This document shows positions 9,001 through 12,987 of a stretch of DNA of 12,987 nt, in pieces. The position numbers and the translations under genes were made by a program. Location: positions 1-12,987 of the forward strand of contig BAAFSQ010000284.1 in the NCBI GenBank assembly GCA_054661495.1. The letters run 5' to 3'. Under the pieces are notes generated by a model. The model saw only the letters and a program-made list of their open reading frames with translations, was not told where the DNA came from and made no database searches. Positions within the stretch are counted from its first letter, which is position 1; every line of letters begins with the position of its first letter. The stretch is from Zygophlyctis sp. KS116. Taxonomy: Eukaryota; Fungi; Chytridiomycota.

Positions 9001-9307
9001 ATTGCTATTGTTTAATTTTTAAGTATATGTCAATCATCGACCATATGTAGATGTAACACAAGATGACTTGAATAAAGCACTTTCAAAAGTTATGGAAGGC
9101 CCAGAAATTTACAAAGAAAAGCTTCAGCTTTTACTTCAGCAATATGGTAAATTTATCAATAGCTGAAATTTAGGAGAACCGATGGCATCAATTGAATTCG
9201 ACGCATGTTTCTCGTCATTACTTGAGCGTGATTCTAAAACCGGAGGGAAGCTTGACCAGACAGTTCCAGTAAACAAATTCGTAGAGGATATTTTAGGATT
9301 GGTTTAA
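6090..9307 (+). CDS. CFAP251: Cilia- and flagella-associated protein 251 (WDR66; WD40 repeats plus C-terminal EF-hand-like region), ~925 aa, 14 introns: 6484-6532, 6622-6688, 6805-6829, 7001-7031, 7129-7155, 7232-7257, 7507-7531, 7673-7703, 8010-8035, 8161-8188, 8438-8463, 8769-8794, 8998-9023, 9147-9173
   Basis: The spliced frame (2778 nt) contains LSWAFGIN, QRHLRGHCNKIS..TADEGSDSLMIVW, CRKTVLGPSF, LPLDGNPHRSMGIIAHP, ELEDYFYYAQLRTQG, MQAMGFYATQQEIDDMVNEVKYS, LIRLYVNHRP and the terminal FVEDILGL, all characteristic of CFAP251/WDR66. Confidence 0.92.
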
Positions 9308-9390
9308 TATTAGCTAATGCACTCACATAAAAATTGCTGATCCAAACATTTACATTTGATCGGAAGGTTTAAAAATAAGTTTCCGTTGAA

Positions 9391-12300
9391 ATGAGTTTTC
9401 CCTCGCCATTGCTACATATCCCAACTAGAACAACTCAAGAAGCCGATTTCACTGAGCCATTGTCAGAATATATTGCATCGGCATTTGAGCAGGATAGCTC
9501 TAAATTCAAGCATGAAATTGCGACTCTTAATCGTCTGCGTCAAGATATGCGAGGAGCCGGCAAAGACTTGACAGGAAGAGATATTCTCTACAGATATTAT
9601 GGTCAGTTGGAGTTATTGGATCTTCGTTTTCCATTTGATGAAAATAATGTTGATATGGCTTTTTTATGGTATGTTTAATGTTACAAGTCTCTCTCTCGCT
9701 GTTATTCAATACTAATAATAGGAAAGATTCATTTACAGGTAAAGAGTGTTCGCAACACTCTATAGCTTTTGAAAAGGCATCTGTCATATATAATTTAGGT
9801 GCGACATGTTCTTCAATTGCTGCTCTTCAGAATAGATTTGAAGCAGATGGATTAAGAATGGCTTTTAATTACTTTCAGGCATCTGCTGGTCTCTTTTCTT
9901 TTATAAATGAAAACTTCCTACATGCTCCTTCAGTTGATATGAGCAGAGATTCAATCAAAACTTTAACAGAACTGGCATTGGCACAGGCCCAAGAATGTTT
10001 TTTGGAAAAAGTTACTGTTGTAGAAAAGAAGAAGGGGAATTTAGCCTCGAAATTATGCGCGCAGTTGGCATTTATGTATGTAAATGTATTGGATGGGTTT
10101 AGTTTAGAATCTGTTATTGGACAATTTGAAAAGGCTTGGGTTGACTTGATAAAGGTGTTTTTACAAAACATTTACCAATTAGATCAAATCAAAATTATTT
10201 TTATCGCTTGCCTATTACCATAGACATTTACAATATGAAATTGAAAACCAGTATGGTCTCTCAATTAGTCATTTAATGGTTGCTGAAGCAAATATTAAGG
10301 AAGCAAACAAATTGGCTGAAAAGTTTGCGTATAATTTTCCAAACTTTAATATTTCCTCGCAGTCAAATGAAAGTAGTACAACTGGTAAAAATCCTTCCAG
10401 TGCATCTACTGCACTTTTAGAAATTACCAAAATTGAATTAAAGACAATTACGGATAAGCTGACAACAGCGAAGAGGGATAATGATATGATTTACCATGAC
10501 ACCATTCCTTCTATAGATACTTTAGCACCTTTAGAAAAATTGAACTCTGTGAAAGCAATTCCTTTTGCTGATCTATTGCCAAATGGTCAAGCAGATATAC
10601 CGAAAATTGTTGGAAGTGATATTTTTGCAAAACTGATACCAATGTCAGTACATGAATCATCTTCAGTATATTCTGAAGAAAAATCAAAGCTTTACAGGAA
10701 CCAACAGAAAATTGTGAAAGAGGCTGACGACGAAATAGATGCTACGATACATTCCTTGGATCTGATTGAAACAATGGAACAAATAAAGGCGCTTTATGCT
10801 AATCCAAACTTTTTGCCTGGTGAAATATTGCCCGTAGATGTTATGAATTGGTCGGTCAGACTTCAAGAAAATGAAATTAAATCATCAAAGTATCTTACAG
10901 AAGATATGATAGCATTGATAAATTCCCTGAAACCTCAGATACATCAGATACTTTTTGAAATACAGGCAATACTTGATAAGGAGCAGTTGGACTGTGAAAA
11001 TATGAGAGTATATTTTTTCTTTTAAAATATTAGGTGAAATATATGAATAGTTGGAGTCAGGATCCTTCTTCAAGTTTGACTTTTAATATTAGGAATGAGC
11101 TCAAAGCTCATCAAGATTCGTATCAAAATGCTCTGACGCTGGACAATCCGATAATTAAGGAGCTTGATGAATCAAAGAATATTATCGCTATACTCAATCG
11201 TCCAATCGATAAGCTTGAATCTTATTTGGTACATTGTTTGGCATCAGCTGTCCCATTCACTGATAAAGAGGGTATAATGGATGAAAACGCGGCCAAAGCT
11301 GACTCTAATGTTCTTGGGGAACAAATCAGCATTGAGAAAATAGACTCGCTAATACAGCATTTGAGGAGTCTAAAGAAAGATAGAGCCAATATTTTGGATG
11401 AAATGAAAGAAAAGGTAAGGGGCTGAAGTTGATTTATATTTATAGATAAGGAAAGATGATATATCATCATTATTGTTGCTCAATAAGAATAAAGAAAAGC
11501 AAATATTTCAATCAGAGTTAACTAAATATGCTCAATTACAAACAAAGATCTCGTCTAATATTGACTCACACAAGCAATTTCTCAGTGATCTTGTACATGA
11601 ATTTAAAAAGCTTTCTGTATCTTCTCAAGCTTTATCCGTGATTGGAGCTAGAAAGGAAGAAAAGAATCGAGTGTTTCTGGACTGGAAAATCCAATACGAA
11701 AGGTACAAAGTAGCAAAGGATGGACTGAAAAAGGGTCGAGTATTTTATACGGATCTCAAATCTTCTCTCGATGAATTAAAATCAAAAGTTATCAAGTTTG
11801 TCAATCAAAGGAATTCTGAAAGAATGGATATGGAAAAAAATATTGAAGGCGATTTAGCTGAACGTGGCCAAAGAGCAATCAAAGATCAGCTTGAGAAGTT
11901 ATCAGTAGCATTTCCACCAGCTCCTACAACCCTACCTTCTTCATATTATCATCCACAGAATATTGTTTCAGGACAAACTAGTTCGTCGTTTCCAACTCAG
12001 AGACCACCCACCCACAGCGTGCCAGAAGTACGTCCACATTTCTCCGGACCTTCAATACCGACTATGAATGATTTTGGTTCCCCTGCTGCATCAGTAACTA
12101 CTCCCCAATACCAAGCAACGGACGGTAATCAAAATCAGGCAGGATCTCGTACTCCAATCCCGCCATCGAGAAGTAAAAGACAATCGATTACTAGGGAGGC
12201 GTCCGGGTCGAGTTTGGATATAGATCATAGTCCTACATCCAATCCTGTAGCAAATTACCCAAGGGCCACTTTCGATGCTGAACAATTTGCTATGATGGTT

Positions 12301-12987
12301 AATAGGCAACAGCAGCATATGTATTTTTTAAATTGTTTCTAACATATCAGTCCGCAAAGTTTTCATGTGCAAGGAGAATACAATCAGCCTAATAAAATGC
12401 ACGATCAATACGCCGGCAGGCCTGTTCATATTCGGCCACATTCTCCACATCAGGAAGCCGGTATAGCTCAAGGATATCGGCCCCAACAGTTTTCTGTTTT
12501 AGATAATTCAAGTATAGAAAATCGCCCTGCTACTACGCCTGCACAAGTTATAAGACCTCAGTATGTGAATCAAGGACATCCTCCTTTCAGCCAACCACCA
12601 TTACCAAATCAGGGATTTTATCCTCAAAACACAAATGTGATGGGTCAATATCATCGAGAGAATATGACACAGGCAGAATTATATCGTCCCCCTCCTCATT
12701 ATCCTCCTTCTGGATATGGTGCTCCTCCAAATGGCGCTCAGATACCTAGTCAAAATTATCAACAGAGGCCGCCTGTTCCACAAGCATATCCTCCTCAAGG
12801 TTATCAAAATCAGGGGTATAGATCAAACTCCCCAGAAGGTGGGATTGCCAGATATCCAGTGCCTACAGATGCATATAATCCTCGTGCTGGATTTGTCAGA
12901 GGTCCAGCACCATATCGTGATGTCAATCAACCTCCCCAGTTGTATCCTAGCCAACCGCCTGCTGCACCATATGGTATGTTTAATGGC
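9391..12987 (+). CDS. BRO1: ESCRT-associated vacuolar protein-sorting protein Bro1 (Bro1 domain, V domain, Pro/Gln/Tyr-rich tail); 3'-partial. Introns 9669-9721, 10155-10182, 11008-11033, 11415-11445, 12321-12350
   Basis: LNRLRQDMRGAGKDLTGRDILYRYYGQLELLDLRFP, QHSIAFEKASVIYNLGA, FINENFLHAPSVD, RDNDMIYHD, DIFAKLIPMSVHESSSVYSEEK and DDISSLLLLNK match fungal Bro1 rather than Rim20/PalA. The last exon (12351 onward) is open to the window edge. Confidence 0.92.

Larger units (their letters stand above)
120..12350. other. Set of 40 inferred GT-AG spliceosomal micro-introns (36 of 24-32 nt, 4 of 49-67 nt)
   Basis: Each removes a stop or frameshift, or restores a conserved motif. Length counts: 24x1, 25x3, 26x13, 27x6, 28x2, 29x1, 30x4, 31x4, 32x2, plus 49, 53, 62 and 67. 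The spliced lengths of the three complete intron-containing genes are multiples of three. Confidence 0.85.

Noticed and set aside
2387-9307. Fragmented ORFs as pseudogenes or as a reassigned genetic code (TAA/TAG read as sense)
   Set aside because: Every interruption is bounded by GT...AG. Removing these segments gives continuous standard-code frames with intact catalytic motifs, and many breaks are frameshifts that recoding could not fix.
9688-9697. (TC)5 tract in BRO1 intron 1
   Set aside because: Too short to be a meaningful microsatellite; at most a pyrimidine tract.
7466-12318. Short minus-strand ORFs opposite CFAP251 and BRO1 (7466, 8575, 9527, 9875, 10684, 10885, 11222, 12091)
   Set aside because: Antisense shadows of well-supported genes; no motifs.
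120-12350. Micro-introns as copies of an introner-like mobile element
   Set aside because: They share length and AT richness but show no sequence similarity, terminal inverted repeats or consistent target-site duplications.

Overview
AT-rich, extremely compact eukaryotic genomic DNA. It most likely comes from a flagellated, chytrid-like (zoosporic) fungus, inferred from a fungal-type Bro1 next to axonemal genes. The fragmented ORF track is explained by about 40 tiny GT-AG spliceosomal introns read by hand: 36 are 24-32 nt (mode 26 nt) and four 5'-proximal ones are 49-67 nt. Six genes are reconstructed: (1) the 5' part of a tubulin-folding cofactor C (TBCC)-like gene (-, <1..210), absent from the ORF track; (2) intronless TSR2 (-), whose stop codon overlaps an in-frame TBCC ATG right behind an A8 slippery run; (3) an uncharacterised, intron-poor ~453-aa protein with a permuted papain-like His...Asn-Cys signature (+); (4) a CCP1/AGTPBP1-type cytosolic carboxypeptidase (tubulin deglutamylase; -, 18 introns); (5) CFAP251/WDR66 (+, 14 introns), head-to-head with the carboxypeptidase with only 39 bp between start codons; (6) BRO1 (+, runs off the window). 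The most notable points are the TSR2/TBCC junction, the orphan papain-like gene, an apparent distance rule for 3' splice-site choice, and the near absence of intergenic DNA.
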